Shown piece after piece: positions 10,000-20,371 of a DNA stretch of 64,000 nucleotides (position 1 is its first letter; the number at the start of each line of letters is the position of its first letter). The translations under genes and the position numbers were made by a program. The notes beneath the pieces were generated by a model. The model was not told the origin of the DNA and searched no databases. It was given only the letters and a program-made list of their open reading frames with translations. The DNA comes from Nostoc sp. DedSLP01 (GTDB taxonomy: Bacteria > Cyanobacteriota > Cyanobacteriia > Cyanobacteriales > Nostocaceae). The stretch is from contig JAVRCJ020000021.1 of NCBI GenBank assembly GCA_034530875.2, positions 1 to 64,000 on the forward strand, read 5' to 3'.

Positions 10000-12231
10000 T
10001 CAGCTTTTTGACGCTTTCTCAACTGTCAAACTTACACTTTTATTCAGCTGTTGCCTTACAGGAATCTGAATTACAAATGCTGCTCCCTCTCCTAGACTAG
10101 AGACACAGTTGAATTTGCCGTTATGTTTGTCAATGATGATTTGATAGCTAATTGACAGACCCATACCCGTACCTTTTCCTACGGGCTTCGTTGTAAAAAA
10201 TGGCTCAAAAATACGTTGTTGAACATCTGCGGGCATACCGAAACCATTGTCAGCGATCGCAATTTCTACCCAATCTAAATTGATTGCTGAGGTACGAATT
10301 GTAATTTGGCTGGGATTGTGCTGGATTTCCTCAGAACTTCGTTGAGTTTTGACTTGTTCTATCGCATCAATTGCGTTAATTAAGATATTCATAAATACTT
10401 GGTTGAGTTGCCCTGAGTAGCACTCTACAAGAGGTAGGTTGCCGTAATTCCGGATTACTTCAATCTCTGGATGCCTTGCGTTGGCTGCCAAACGATGTTG
10501 AAGAATCAGTAATGTAGTTTCAATTCCTTCATGAATATCAACTTGTTTGACTTCAGCCTCATCTAAACGTGAAAAGGTACGTAGAGATTTGACGATTTCT
10601 CGAATTCGTTCGGTACCAACTTTCATAGATGAGAGTATTTTCACCATGTCTTCGGTAAGAAATTCCAAATCTATATCATCAATTTTGTCTTTAATTTCAG
10701 AAGAGGTATATGGAAATTCCGTTTGATAAAGTTGTAGCAACTCAAGCAGATTTTGAGAGTAATTAGATAGATGGTGCACGTTCCCATGAATGAAATTAAC
10801 GGGATTATTAATCTCATGAGCTACTCCAGCTACAAGCTGTCCCAAGCTCGACATTTTTTCGGCAATCATTTGTGTTTGGGCACGTTGGAGGTTTTGAACA
10901 GTATTTTTTAGCTCAGATGTTCGTTCTTCAACTCGTTGTTCTAATTGATAATTAGTTTGTTCTAGAGTAGTAAATGATTCCCGCAATTGCTGTGTCATCC
11001 GATTAAAAGAACGAGCTAGAATACCTAACTCTCGAACCATAAAAATTTCTACATTTTGGTATAATTCTCCATCTGCGATCGCCTCAGATGCCTTACTCAA
11101 AAACATGATAGGTCGAGCAATCCACTGTGAGGTATAAATTCCCAAAACTGTTGCAATAACCAGTGCAGCTAGGCATAACAAAATTGTTGTGCGTGTGTTG
11201 GCATTGATTTGTGCCATAAAATCAGACTCAGGAAGTACTACCACACTCAGCCAATCAATTCCTAGTCCATCTTTGATTGGTGAAACTTGTACAAATTGGC
11301 GTTTGCCGTTAAGCAGAAAATCAAGCTGTTGGTTATCTTTAATAACGTTAAGATTGCCAAAGCGATTAAGTAAAGCTTGTGCTGTCAACCTAATCGTAGG
11401 ATTTTCAATTTTGTTCGCGGGGATCTGCTCTAGTTTCGAGTCGTTAATTTTGTAGGGTTGTTTGATGACCGAACTAGCAATTAAATTTCCCTCTTTATCT
11501 ATAATAAAAGTTTGTCCGCTATGACCAACCTTAACGCTCTTGAGAAATTCATGGATCTTTGAGACGCGAAAGTTACTACTTTGTACTGCTAATAATTTTC
11601 CTGTTGGGCTGTAAATCGGCTCAGACAAAGCAATTGTCACTTTTGATGAGTTTGGAGGTAAAAAGATTTCAGTCCAAGTTGGTTGTCCTGCTTTTAATGC
11701 AGCTTTATACCAAGGTCGGGTACGGGGGTCAAAGTGTTGAATTTTCAATAGTTCAGCCCGTTGACCTTGACGATCGAGGCGGTAACTTTTACGATTGGGT
11801 AAAATTGATTTGTCTGCGGTTCGAGCTACAATAAATCCTTCTGGCAAACGTTCAATTAGAACGCTAGTTCCTTCAAAAGTGGCAACCTGGAGAAAATCTA
11901 CAGTGTTTTGGCTGACCAAACGCCAGAAATAATGCTCCAATGCTTGAATATCAGTTAAATCGATTTGTCCTTCTGAAATTGCAGATCCAACTGTTTGATT
12001 AACGATATAGGGTTTTTCTAAATAAACGAGAATTTGTTGATTAATACGAACGCCGATCTCATTGCGTAGCTTAGATGCGACAGCATTAACTGCCTTGTAA
12101 CCATTACTGATAGTTAGATAGCCAGTTAATCCAACAATTGCAAAAATTTGCAGTACGAACGGAACAATGAGAATCAGGTGTAATGGCAACTGTTTGGATA
12201 CAGAACGCCGTTTTAAAGCTTTAAATAACAT
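10000..12231 (-). CDS. Cache/HAMP sensor histidine kinase
   Basis: Cache motif FDPRTRPWYKAA, HAMP motif ELGILARSFNRM, H-box AHEINNP and a HATPase domain. Confidence 0.9.
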   Translation of the reverse strand: MLFKALKRRSVSKQLPLHLILIVPFVLQIFAIVGLTGYLTISNGYKAVNAVASKLRNEIGVRINQQILVYLEKPYIVNQTVGSAISEGQIDLTDIQALEHYFWRLVSQNTVDFLQVATFEGTSVLIERLPEGFIVARTADKSILPNRKSYRLDRQGQRAELLKIQHFDPRTRPWYKAALKAGQPTWTEIFLPPNSSKVTIALSEPIYSPTGKLLAVQSSNFRVSKIHEFLKSVKVGHSGQTFIIDKEGNLIASSVIKQPYKINDSKLEQIPANKIENPTIRLTAQALLNRFGNLNVIKDNQQLDFLLNGKRQFVQVSPIKDGLGIDWLSVVVLPESDFMAQINANTRTTILLCLAALVIATVLGIYTSQWIARPIMFLSKASEAIADGELYQNVEIFMVRELGILARSFNRMTQQLRESFTTLEQTNYQLEQRVEERTSELKNTVQNLQRAQTQMIAEKMSSLGQLVAGVAHEINNPVNFIHGNVHHLSNYSQNLLELLQLYQTEFPYTSSEIKDKIDDIDLEFLTEDMVKILSSMKVGTERIREIVKSLRTFSRLDEAEVKQVDIHEGIETTLLILQHRLAANARHPEIEVIRNYGNLPLVECYSGQLNQVFMNILINAIDAIEQVKTQRSSEEIQHNPSQITIRTSAINLDWVEIAIADNGFGMPADVQQRIFEPFFTTKPVGKGTGMGLSISYQIIIDKHNGKFNCVSSLGEGAAFVIQIPVRQQLNKSVSLTVEKASKS

Positions 12232-12365
12232 AGTTATATAGAAAATGCGATCGCCTGTCTCAACAGACGTTTGCTTTATAATTCCCTTTTATACTTTTCG
12301 CATCTCGATTCAAAAGCAAAAAGCTTGTTATCGGAATTTGAAAAAAGAGTTCGAGAAATACAGCA

Positions 12366-12399
12366 TGTAAGGTAGCACAGATAGCTGTACTACCCTACA
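12366..12399. repeat. palindromic dispersed repeat (GTAGGGTAGCAC...GTGCTACCCTAC family)
   Basis: Imperfect copy. Better copies are at 24600 and 26749. Confidence 0.65.
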
Positions 12400-12621
12400 A
12401 ATCGTCTTTACCGAACACAATTGCAGACTACTATAGTTTGAAAATCCAAAGTAGGGTAGAAATTTAGTAAATTGGACTTAGAGTGTGGAAACAATTCTTA
12501 AAAAATACTGTTTTTTAAAGCCCAATACGCTTGGGTTAAGGAATTTATTTGTAGGCTGTTCTTGAGCCGAGGAAGCAGAGGACGCAGGGGGGAGAAAAAA
12601 GCTTAACTCAACGGTATTGAA

Positions 12622-15600
12622 CTAAAACCGATTTTCGTACTCGACTAAGAGTAAACTATCATTATCTAAATTAGTTGAGCCGCGTACAAGAATTTCGTCG
12701 TTGAGACGGTAAAGGACGTTGTAACGGAAAGACTCATTGGTAGAAAAAGCCCGCGATAAAGAAACAGAGAAATTCCGATTCACATTAAACACACCCTCCG
12801 CCGACAAATCAAGAACCGAAGATCTCCTGGCTTCTTCATTAGTGGTAGGGGTCGGAAATATACGAAACTCGTTAAAACCAACAGCCTGCCCGATGGCTGT
12901 TATAGTTCCTTGCAGACTACCTAAAATAGTAGAACTGGCAAAATTAGTCAATCCTTGGCTTAAATCTCCTGGTTGACTCAAAGAATTCAAAATCGAACCA
13001 CCAAGCAAAGCAACGATTTCTCCTTTAGTTCGGCCAGGTTCGCTAGTCAGTTCGAGATTTTCTCCTAATTCGCTGGCTGGCCCTGTCGCCCTTGCTTGGA
13101 CGCGAACGGTACGTAAAGTACCAAAGTTATTCACAGAAGCATCGCTGATTTCCGCAGACAATGGTGATTCCAAAATGCGATCGCTCGTTGTCGATGCCTC
13201 AGGTACAATTGCCACTAATCGCACATCAAGGATAGGGTCTAGTCCTTGCCTGGGAGTAAATCGCGCAGTGTGTTCGTAACCCCGCGCCAAGGTAAACTCG
13301 GTTGTAAATAAACTGAGTCGCCCTCCTGTTAACCGGATAAGTCCTTGAGGGAGGGGCTTGGCTAAGGTACCATTGATGGTCAAGTCACCTTTAGCATCAA
13401 AGCTGAGTATGGGTTGACTCAACGATGCTGCTCCCGGTACAAAGGCAAATAGAGGCTCGGTTGTAACTCGCACATCATCGCCCAAAATCAACCGTAAATC
13501 TGCAAACTCTACAGGTAAGTTGGGTCTAGTTGGGGGGGTAGTATTAGAAGTAGGCTCTGATGTAGTGGTATTGGTGTTAGTTTCTGGTGTATTGACAGTA
13601 GTAGAAGTAGGCTCTGATGTAGTTGTATTACTGTTAGCCTCTGATGTGTTGAGAGTAATAGTAGTAGGCTCTTTTGTAGTTGTTGATTTTGATGTTTCAG
13701 CGGGCGTTTTTCCCACAATCACTTGACCGTCACTCAGTTCAATTTCTCCGCCAATTATCGGTTTTAGTGCTGTTCCTCGAATTACGGCATCACCGCTAAC
13801 TCCGCCTTCGTATAATGCTGGAACTTTAAAATTGAGTTGTTTTTCTATCGATACAGTCAGAGGATTAGATATACCTTGGTTGGGAGTAAAAATTGGCAAA
13901 ATTCCTGATGCAGCGACTAGCCCTTGATTATAATTACCTTCAATCTTTTCGACATTGAGCGTATCGCCATTAAATAGTAATGTTCCTGTAACGTTTGTTA
14001 GTGGTTCCGATAAAGCTTGAGCAGTAAAAGTAGCATTGTTAATTCTGGCAGTTCCATTAATAACTGGCTCCTTTAAAGTACCTTGAACGTTAACATCTAC
14101 TTCACCTTCACCATTTACCCAACTCACTTGATTATTGGTAAATACATTTAACAGTGCCAAGCCTTCATTATTCACCTTGGCGTTAACGCTGATTTGATTA
14201 TTATCTGGTTTTACTGCTACAAAAGGTAAAGGAGCAGGTATGCTACCTGTAACTGCAATGGGTTGCGTTCCCGTCAATAGCAAAGTACTATCAAAACTTA
14301 CGCGGGCATTGTCGTAGTTAAATTTCACTTGCCCTGTTTGTATGGATTGCTGATTTAAAGTGGCATTAGCTAGCGATGCTTCGCCATTAACTTGAGGGTC
14401 TTTTAAACTGCCTTGCAAATTAGCCGTAGCATTGAGTTGACCGGTAATATCTAGAGGATATTTTTCGATAAAAGGCTGTAAAAGCGATAGGGGTAAACTT
14501 GCAATATTTAAGTTTCCAGATAGTTGTTCGGTTCCTAACTGTCCGGAAAAAGCGATTAATCCTTGATTTATTCCTAAACTCAATGGTGAGAGTCTAACCA
14601 CACCATCTGCAAAATCACCTCTAGCAGTCACTTGATTAATGGCATATTTGCCCCATTGCCAATTATCACCTTGAAAATTAAAGGCGACATTCAACCCAGA
14701 TTTTAAGGAACCACTAGCTGTAATTCCTCCATTCAATGCACCTGTTAATTCTGCAAGGGCTGGTAAAGCTGGTGTTTTTTGGGTATCTGCTTGTTGTTGT
14801 TCTGCTAGGGATGTTTGAATTTTGGAGAAATATTCTAACTGGGTTAGTAAATCTGTATTTGGTAAACTAGCAGGTGTCGTATTAAGTGCTTCTGCTCCTG
14901 CTGAGGTGGGAGGCTCTAAACCAGTACTCAGGTCTTGAAAGTCGAAGATATTAAATGCTTGTAAAAGTTGTTCGATTCGAGTTTGGTTTAAGTTAGCTTG
15001 GAGTTGAAATTTGGGGTCGTTTCCGGTTTGCAAATTTCCACTTAAAGCTATGTCGCCGCCTCCTAAGCGCAATAAACCGTTAGTTAAGCTAGCAGTGCCA
15101 TCGGCATAGTTGATGTTACCGCGAAATTCGTCTGCTGAGACTCTGGCAACACGCGGATTGGCGATCGCTACATCCCCACTCGCTGCATAATTATTCAGAT
15201 TAACGACTAAATTTCCCGATAATTGCCCTGCTACAGGTTTCAATCTATTATCTGGTAAAAAGCCGCCAACCAGCGCGATGGGAAACTGTTGGGCGTTGAT
15301 AATCAAATTATCTCCCTGTCTTGTCCCTGTAGTCACCGCTGCATCGCGCTTGACTAAAAATGACGTTGGGCGATAATCTGCGCCTAAGTTTAACGCTATC
15401 CTGTCTTGCGTGCCTGCAAGTTGCAAGCTTGCTCCTTGTCCGCCTTTAAAATTCACATCTCCAGTTAAAACTGGGTCGAATGCCAAATTACTGACATTAA
15501 AATTCCGCAACCGGATACTGCCAGTAGCCTGAGGAGTGCTTGGAGTGCCTGTAATTTGTCCATTAAAATCTAGTAACCCCGCTAGTGCTAAATCTCCAGG

Positions 15601-18000
15601 AATAAAAGCGCCTGTATTTTTGAGGTTGAAATTCTGGGCTTGGACGTTCAAATTCAAGCCAGCAATTTGGGGCGTACCCGTTTGCGGTAATTGTACAGCG
15701 ATCGCACCACGAGCGCTAACTCCTGGTGTGGTTGCCCGTTCAACTATAATTTGCCGTCCATTCCAGAGAAATTGTGCCGTTACTGGTTGCGCTAACTGCG
15801 CTAATTGTGAAGCTTGAATTTCTCCAGCAGCGCGAATATTTGCAAGCTGGAAGGAGTCTGTTGTCCCTGTCAATTTGACATTACTACTCACCCGTCCCCG
15901 CAGTTGTGGCGAGAAACGGCTAAGTTGAATTTGGGAAGCGTTAGCAACTGCTTGCCAGCGACCCGCATTCAAGTTAATATCCCTGAGGTTAAGCGTACCT
16001 CCCGCCACGTTCAAGTTTGCTCGTCCTGTAGCTTGAATGCTTGAGGGTTGAAAAGAAGCAGTGCTTCCTGACAAACTTAACGCCGCATTGCTGAGAACTC
16101 CCTGAAACTGTGGCGGTATTTGCTGCAAACGATTTAATTGCAAACTTTGGGCGTTGACAAAAGCTTGCCAGCGTTTTTGTACCAACTGACCCCTAGCCGT
16201 GATTCTACCGCCTGCCACGTTAAAAATAGCACTTGGTAATAAAACATTCTGCCCTTGTTGAGCAATGACAACTTGTCCTGTAGTCGGATAGCTAGCAGTA
16301 GGCGCTTGCAGTTGCACTACTGTCCGCAGGTTGCCAAGAGTGCCGGAAATTGTAGCATTTGCAGATATCGTGCCAACTTTGATGGCAGATGAAGTATTGT
16401 TTGTGTTGGCTAGGACATCTCCCGGTACATTTTGCGCTTGAATGTTAAATAGAACATTACCCTGGGGGGCTAGTTGAATTTGACCGTTCCCCTGAATTTG
16501 CCCGCCGGCTGGTGGCTGCACTTGCAGACTGGAAACGTTAAGCGCCAAGGGTTGTTTCCCTAGTGAACCAGTAATTTGTGCCTTTGCCGAGACATTGCCA
16601 ACGCTAATTGGAGGAATAAAGCCGTAGCTGCGTGCCAGTATATCTCCGGAAATTCCGTCAGCTAAAATATCAAATTGTACCCTATCATTCAGTGCTGCTT
16701 GGCCGCTACCAGTAATTTGACCGCCTGCTTCGGGGACTAATTTGAGATTTGAGACGGCAATTTGAGATGTCTTTTTAGATACGCTCAATCGAAAATCAGT
16801 GTTGACACTTTTGAATTTAACGCGGTCAACTAGTACCGGCTTGGTGTTGCTGGCGGTACCGCTGATAACTGGCTGCTGGAGTGGGCCTTGCAACTTAATA
16901 TTTGCTTGTACTTCACCGATGGCTACCACGGGCGAACTTATTTTCAGCGTATCTAAAATATTTCTCGCACTGACTGGTTTTATCTGGGCTGAGATATTAA
17001 AACCTGTTTGGGTATTAAGCGCTCCATTGGCGACGATGGGGACTTTGCCTAAGTTTGTAGTGAGATTATTTAAGGCAATTGTTTGACCTTGAAATACTAA
17101 TCTACCATTAGCATTAACAAACTTTTGGGGAAGATTTTCAAGTTTAGCAGTGACTTGTTTAGGAATAGCTGTACCAGTAATAGCTATTTGCGAAATATCT
17201 GATGGGATTGCAACTTCTAAATCAGCATCTATTTGCCCAGCTTGTAAGGCAATTGGCAATTCAATTAAACGAGTAATTTCTGATGCTTGTAAATTTTGCG
17301 CTACAACTTTGAGATTAGTTTGTTGACTTTTCAGTTGTGTTTCACCAGAGATTTTAACAGCACCTCCTCTAGTGAGTTGACCATTTATTTGATAACCGAT
17401 TCCTTGATTATCATCTGAAAATCTGGCAACACCACCAAATTGATCGATCGCTACAGAACCTTTGGGTTTAGTTGGTGCAGAGGCTGGTAATAACTCTACT
17501 TTTCCGCCAACAATTTGCAGTGTTTGTAACTGAGTTTGAATAGGGCCTGCGCCTTCTCCACTCTTAACTTGGGCGGTAACCCAGCGACCATCTCGATCCT
17601 GTTGGATGTAGATATTGGGCTGGACTAATGTGACATTTAATGGTAGTTTTCTAGTTAAAATAACTTGCAAAGGCGAAAACTGTACATCTACAGCTTTTGC
17701 TGTCAGTTCGTCTGCATCGGTAGAAGTTGCAGGTATTGATAGGGAAGCAAATCTCAAACTAGAAGGTGAAAAACGTTCGACTCTTCCTAATTTGATAGGA
17801 CGCCCAAGTAATTGCTCTAAATTTTCTTCTACTAAAGGTGCTAAATCTTTATATACATAGCTTCTAGTCCACAAAACACCACCTGTAATTCCTGCAAGCA
17901 AAATGATTCCTGAAACCAAACTGATACGCTTTAAAAGCGGGATATTGAAGCGGGGATTCCTTGGTTCGCGGTCATTTTCTGGATTAGGAGAGCTAGTCAT
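12622..18000 (-). CDS. tamB: translocation/assembly module TamB (DUF748/DUF490) protein
   Basis: 1792 aa with an N-terminal TM anchor, repeated beta-taco segments and a C-terminal DUF490-like region ending VEYENRF. Confidence 0.85.
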   Translation of the reverse strand: MTSSPNPENDREPRNPRFNIPLLKRISLVSGIILLAGITGGVLWTRSYVYKDLAPLVEENLEQLLGRPIKLGRVERFSPSSLRFASLSIPATSTDADELTAKAVDVQFSPLQVILTRKLPLNVTLVQPNIYIQQDRDGRWVTAQVKSGEGAGPIQTQLQTLQIVGGKVELLPASAPTKPKGSVAIDQFGGVARFSDDNQGIGYQINGQLTRGGAVKISGETQLKSQQTNLKVVAQNLQASEITRLIELPIALQAGQIDADLEVAIPSDISQIAITGTAIPKQVTAKLENLPQKFVNANGRLVFQGQTIALNNLTTNLGKVPIVANGALNTQTGFNISAQIKPVSARNILDTLKISSPVVAIGEVQANIKLQGPLQQPVISGTASNTKPVLVDRVKFKSVNTDFRLSVSKKTSQIAVSNLKLVPEAGGQITGSGQAALNDRVQFDILADGISGDILARSYGFIPPISVGNVSAKAQITGSLGKQPLALNVSSLQVQPPAGGQIQGNGQIQLAPQGNVLFNIQAQNVPGDVLANTNNTSSAIKVGTISANATISGTLGNLRTVVQLQAPTASYPTTGQVVIAQQGQNVLLPSAIFNVAGGRITARGQLVQKRWQAFVNAQSLQLNRLQQIPPQFQGVLSNAALSLSGSTASFQPSSIQATGRANLNVAGGTLNLRDINLNAGRWQAVANASQIQLSRFSPQLRGRVSSNVKLTGTTDSFQLANIRAAGEIQASQLAQLAQPVTAQFLWNGRQIIVERATTPGVSARGAIAVQLPQTGTPQIAGLNLNVQAQNFNLKNTGAFIPGDLALAGLLDFNGQITGTPSTPQATGSIRLRNFNVSNLAFDPVLTGDVNFKGGQGASLQLAGTQDRIALNLGADYRPTSFLVKRDAAVTTGTRQGDNLIINAQQFPIALVGGFLPDNRLKPVAGQLSGNLVVNLNNYAASGDVAIANPRVARVSADEFRGNINYADGTASLTNGLLRLGGGDIALSGNLQTGNDPKFQLQANLNQTRIEQLLQAFNIFDFQDLSTGLEPPTSAGAEALNTTPASLPNTDLLTQLEYFSKIQTSLAEQQQADTQKTPALPALAELTGALNGGITASGSLKSGLNVAFNFQGDNWQWGKYAINQVTARGDFADGVVRLSPLSLGINQGLIAFSGQLGTEQLSGNLNIASLPLSLLQPFIEKYPLDITGQLNATANLQGSLKDPQVNGEASLANATLNQQSIQTGQVKFNYDNARVSFDSTLLLTGTQPIAVTGSIPAPLPFVAVKPDNNQISVNAKVNNEGLALLNVFTNNQVSWVNGEGEVDVNVQGTLKEPVINGTARINNATFTAQALSEPLTNVTGTLLFNGDTLNVEKIEGNYNQGLVAASGILPIFTPNQGISNPLTVSIEKQLNFKVPALYEGGVSGDAVIRGTALKPIIGGEIELSDGQVIVGKTPAETSKSTTTKEPTTITLNTSEANSNTTTSEPTSTTVNTPETNTNTTTSEPTSNTTPPTRPNLPVEFADLRLILGDDVRVTTEPLFAFVPGAASLSQPILSFDAKGDLTINGTLAKPLPQGLIRLTGGRLSLFTTEFTLARGYEHTARFTPRQGLDPILDVRLVAIVPEASTTSDRILESPLSAEISDASVNNFGTLRTVRVQARATGPASELGENLELTSEPGRTKGEIVALLGGSILNSLSQPGDLSQGLTNFASSTILGSLQGTITAIGQAVGFNEFRIFPTPTTNEEARRSSVLDLSAEGVFNVNRNFSVSLSRAFSTNESFRYNVLYRLNDEILVRGSTNLDNDSLLLVEYENRF
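13541..13690 (-). repeat. 57-bp (19-aa) in-frame tandem repeat within TamB
   Basis: AG(A/T)AGTAGGCTCT recurs at 13546, 13603 and 13660, encoding TTT(K/S)EPT... units. Confidence 0.85.
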
Positions 18001-18568
18001 TATAGTTACTAGTACTGCTATTGAGTAACAAACAATCTATTACCCGACAATACCATAATTGTTTTTAGTAACTTCTAAAAACTTTCCCTAGATAGATTAG
18101 TAATTCATTCTGATGAGTGTTGACATTTAGGCTGATAAAGCCTTATAAGGTAAATCAACCTCAAGCGTATGTAGCTACAAATTATTTTTTTTAATTGTAT
18201 ACAACATATAAATCTGATGTAGTGGTGTATGGGTGTAATACCAATCCTCTAAAATTCTGCAACACATTGCAACCATAAAACCTAAACACCATCTGAATTT
18301 CTTAATTGCGAATTGCGAATTGGTATCCTGTGGTTTGAGTATAGTTTTAGCGATCGCCAAAAAAAAATCATCAACTACTGCATAACAAGTCACGATTGAC
18401 CTGATTATTCAACGAGGGTTAAACCTCAAGCATCATCCTGTAATTGGGAACTGAGCTATATCAATAAATGCTAACTCGGTCTTAGCGCCTAGATAAAAGT
18501 ATTCAAGTCTAGGTGTAATTTTCGTTCGAGTTATTTAGCATCTCGTACTTGGAAAATTTAAACTTATT

Positions 18569-19612
18569 ATGTCACTAAATACTACTTTACTTAACAATTA
18601 TCAATCAGAAGAAGTTTGGTTACCTTTTTCAGAAAGCATATTAGAATGGGATATAGATTTTCATGAATTAATGCTTGGCGATCGCATCAGAATGGCTGCT
18701 TATAAAAATGCCATTCAAGAAGTAGTCAAGCCAGGAATGGTAGTTTTAGATCTAGGTACTGGAACAGGAATTTTAGGATTGTGGGCTTTACAAGCCGGTG
18801 CAAAACATTTGTATGCCCTTGATGTTAATAAAGATATCCTTGCTATTGCCAGCGAAAATTTTGCACAAAATGGTTTTTCGGGAAAATTTGATATTTTTCA
18901 CGGTATGTCATATAACATAAATCTCCCAACGCGGGTTGATTTGATTATTTCAGAAATCATGGGAAATATCGCAGATAACGAAGATTTTGTTCCAATTTTA
19001 ACAGATGCACATAAGCGTTTTCTCAAACCATCAGGAATAATGTTGCCCTCTAGAGTGTGCAGCCAATTAGTACCGGTCAATTCACTTAAAGTTCATCAGC
19101 AAGTTCAATCCAAAAAAGTTAAAAGAATAAATGCCAACTACAGCATAGAAAAACTTTTACAAAAACTAGCAAGTCAAAGTCCATTTGATACTTACTATGA
19201 TGTAATTCTTCCAGATACAAGTTATTTGAGTACGCCTCAAGTAGCTAAAGAATTTAAAATGGATGGAAACGATGAAGCTGTTTATGAAATTAGTTTGAAT
19301 TTTAATGTAGAAGTAGATGGTATTTTTACAGGATTTAAAGGAAGTTTTAGAGCTAGCCTTTCTGACTCAATTATTTTAGATATATCAGGTTCTGATATTG
19401 CATCTCATACCACATCAGATAGTTGGAAACACTGCTATTTACCAGTACAAACTCCAGTAGAAGTGCAGCATGGAGATGAAATATCCTTAATTTTTAGTCG
19501 TTCTTATCCTCAACAGAGAGATTCACTATTTCGTCAATGTTACAAGTGGAACGGAACTATCAAACGTGGTGGAAAAATTATTAATGCTTTTTACCAAAGT
19601 ATGGAAAGTTAA
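18569..19612 (+). CDS. PRMT-like class I SAM-dependent methyltransferase (arginine/guanidino N-methyltransferase-like)
   Basis: FHELMLGDRIRMAAYKNAI, motif I VLDLGTGTGIL, double-E loop-like VDLIISEIMGNIADNE and a THW-loop equivalent SDSWKHCYLP in a beta-barrel C-domain. Confidence 0.8.
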   Translation: MSLNTTLLNNYQSEEVWLPFSESILEWDIDFHELMLGDRIRMAAYKNAIQEVVKPGMVVLDLGTGTGILGLWALQAGAKHLYALDVNKDILAIASENFAQNGFSGKFDIFHGMSYNINLPTRVDLIISEIMGNIADNEDFVPILTDAHKRFLKPSGIMLPSRVCSQLVPVNSLKVHQQVQSKKVKRINANYSIEKLLQKLASQSPFDTYYDVILPDTSYLSTPQVAKEFKMDGNDEAVYEISLNFNVEVDGIFTGFKGSFRASLSDSIILDISGSDIASHTTSDSWKHCYLPVQTPVEVQHGDEISLIFSRSYPQQRDSLFRQCYKWNGTIKRGGKIINAFYQSMES

Positions 19613-19692
19613 AAGTAAAAAATATAGAGATTAGATAAATACTATTGTTATCTATAACTTTTGTACAGCTTAATTAATCGAGGAACTTGTTG

Positions 19693-20235
19693 ATGAATAT
19701 TGCTCAAACAGAATTAATTGATTCTTCATTGTTCTTAGGAATGCATAGCGTTGATGAAGAAACTAGAATTGTATGCAAAAATTACTTTGTCGAACGTCTT
19801 GAAACAACAATTAGCATGAGTTTAGAACATGTAGGAGGCTGCGACAATATTATTTGGTTGTATCCACGAGAATTACAAGATGCTTACTATCCCTTCATGG
19901 ATACGCTACATACAATTATGAATATAGATAGGCTTCCGTATCAAGAAAACGATATCAATAGAGCCTTGACTGATTCAGAATTACAAGCTTTGCCTATGTA
20001 TGACAAGTTATTAATTGGATTTGCAAAAAACCGCAAAAAAACTGTCTATACAGTGAATAAAAAGCTTCTTAATAACGATAAATTACCAGTTTGTAATCCC
20101 ACAACTTCTGAAGAAAAAAGTTTTCCTGATTCACTAGAAAAATTGTATCAAATATCTTTACTACTAAGAATACCAGACATTCAACTTACTAGTGATTACT
20201 ACAACAATTGCGACCAATATAAAACTCATATTTGA
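19693..20235 (+). CDS. DUF6190 / RohQ-like protein (putative guanidine cyclodehydratase)
   Basis: IDSSLFLGMHS...CKNYFVERL...SLEHVGGCDNIIW...QDAYYPFMDTLHT matches my recollection of DUF6190/RohQ. RBS GAGGA lies 8 nt before ATG 19693. Confidence 0.6.
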   Translation: MNIAQTELIDSSLFLGMHSVDEETRIVCKNYFVERLETTISMSLEHVGGCDNIIWLYPRELQDAYYPFMDTLHTIMNIDRLPYQENDINRALTDSELQALPMYDKLLIGFAKNRKKTVYTVNKKLLNNDKLPVCNPTTSEEKSFPDSLEKLYQISLLLRIPDIQLTSDYYNNCDQYKTHI

Positions 20236-20371
20236 TTTATACAAAGCTGGTACGTCTCAAACTTGCTGCTTTTCGGTTGCCTTACTACACAAATATGTTT
20301 GTTAATCAAATCGGATTACTCTAGTCAAAAATTATGAATATTATCCTATTTAAATATTAAGGAAATGCCAC

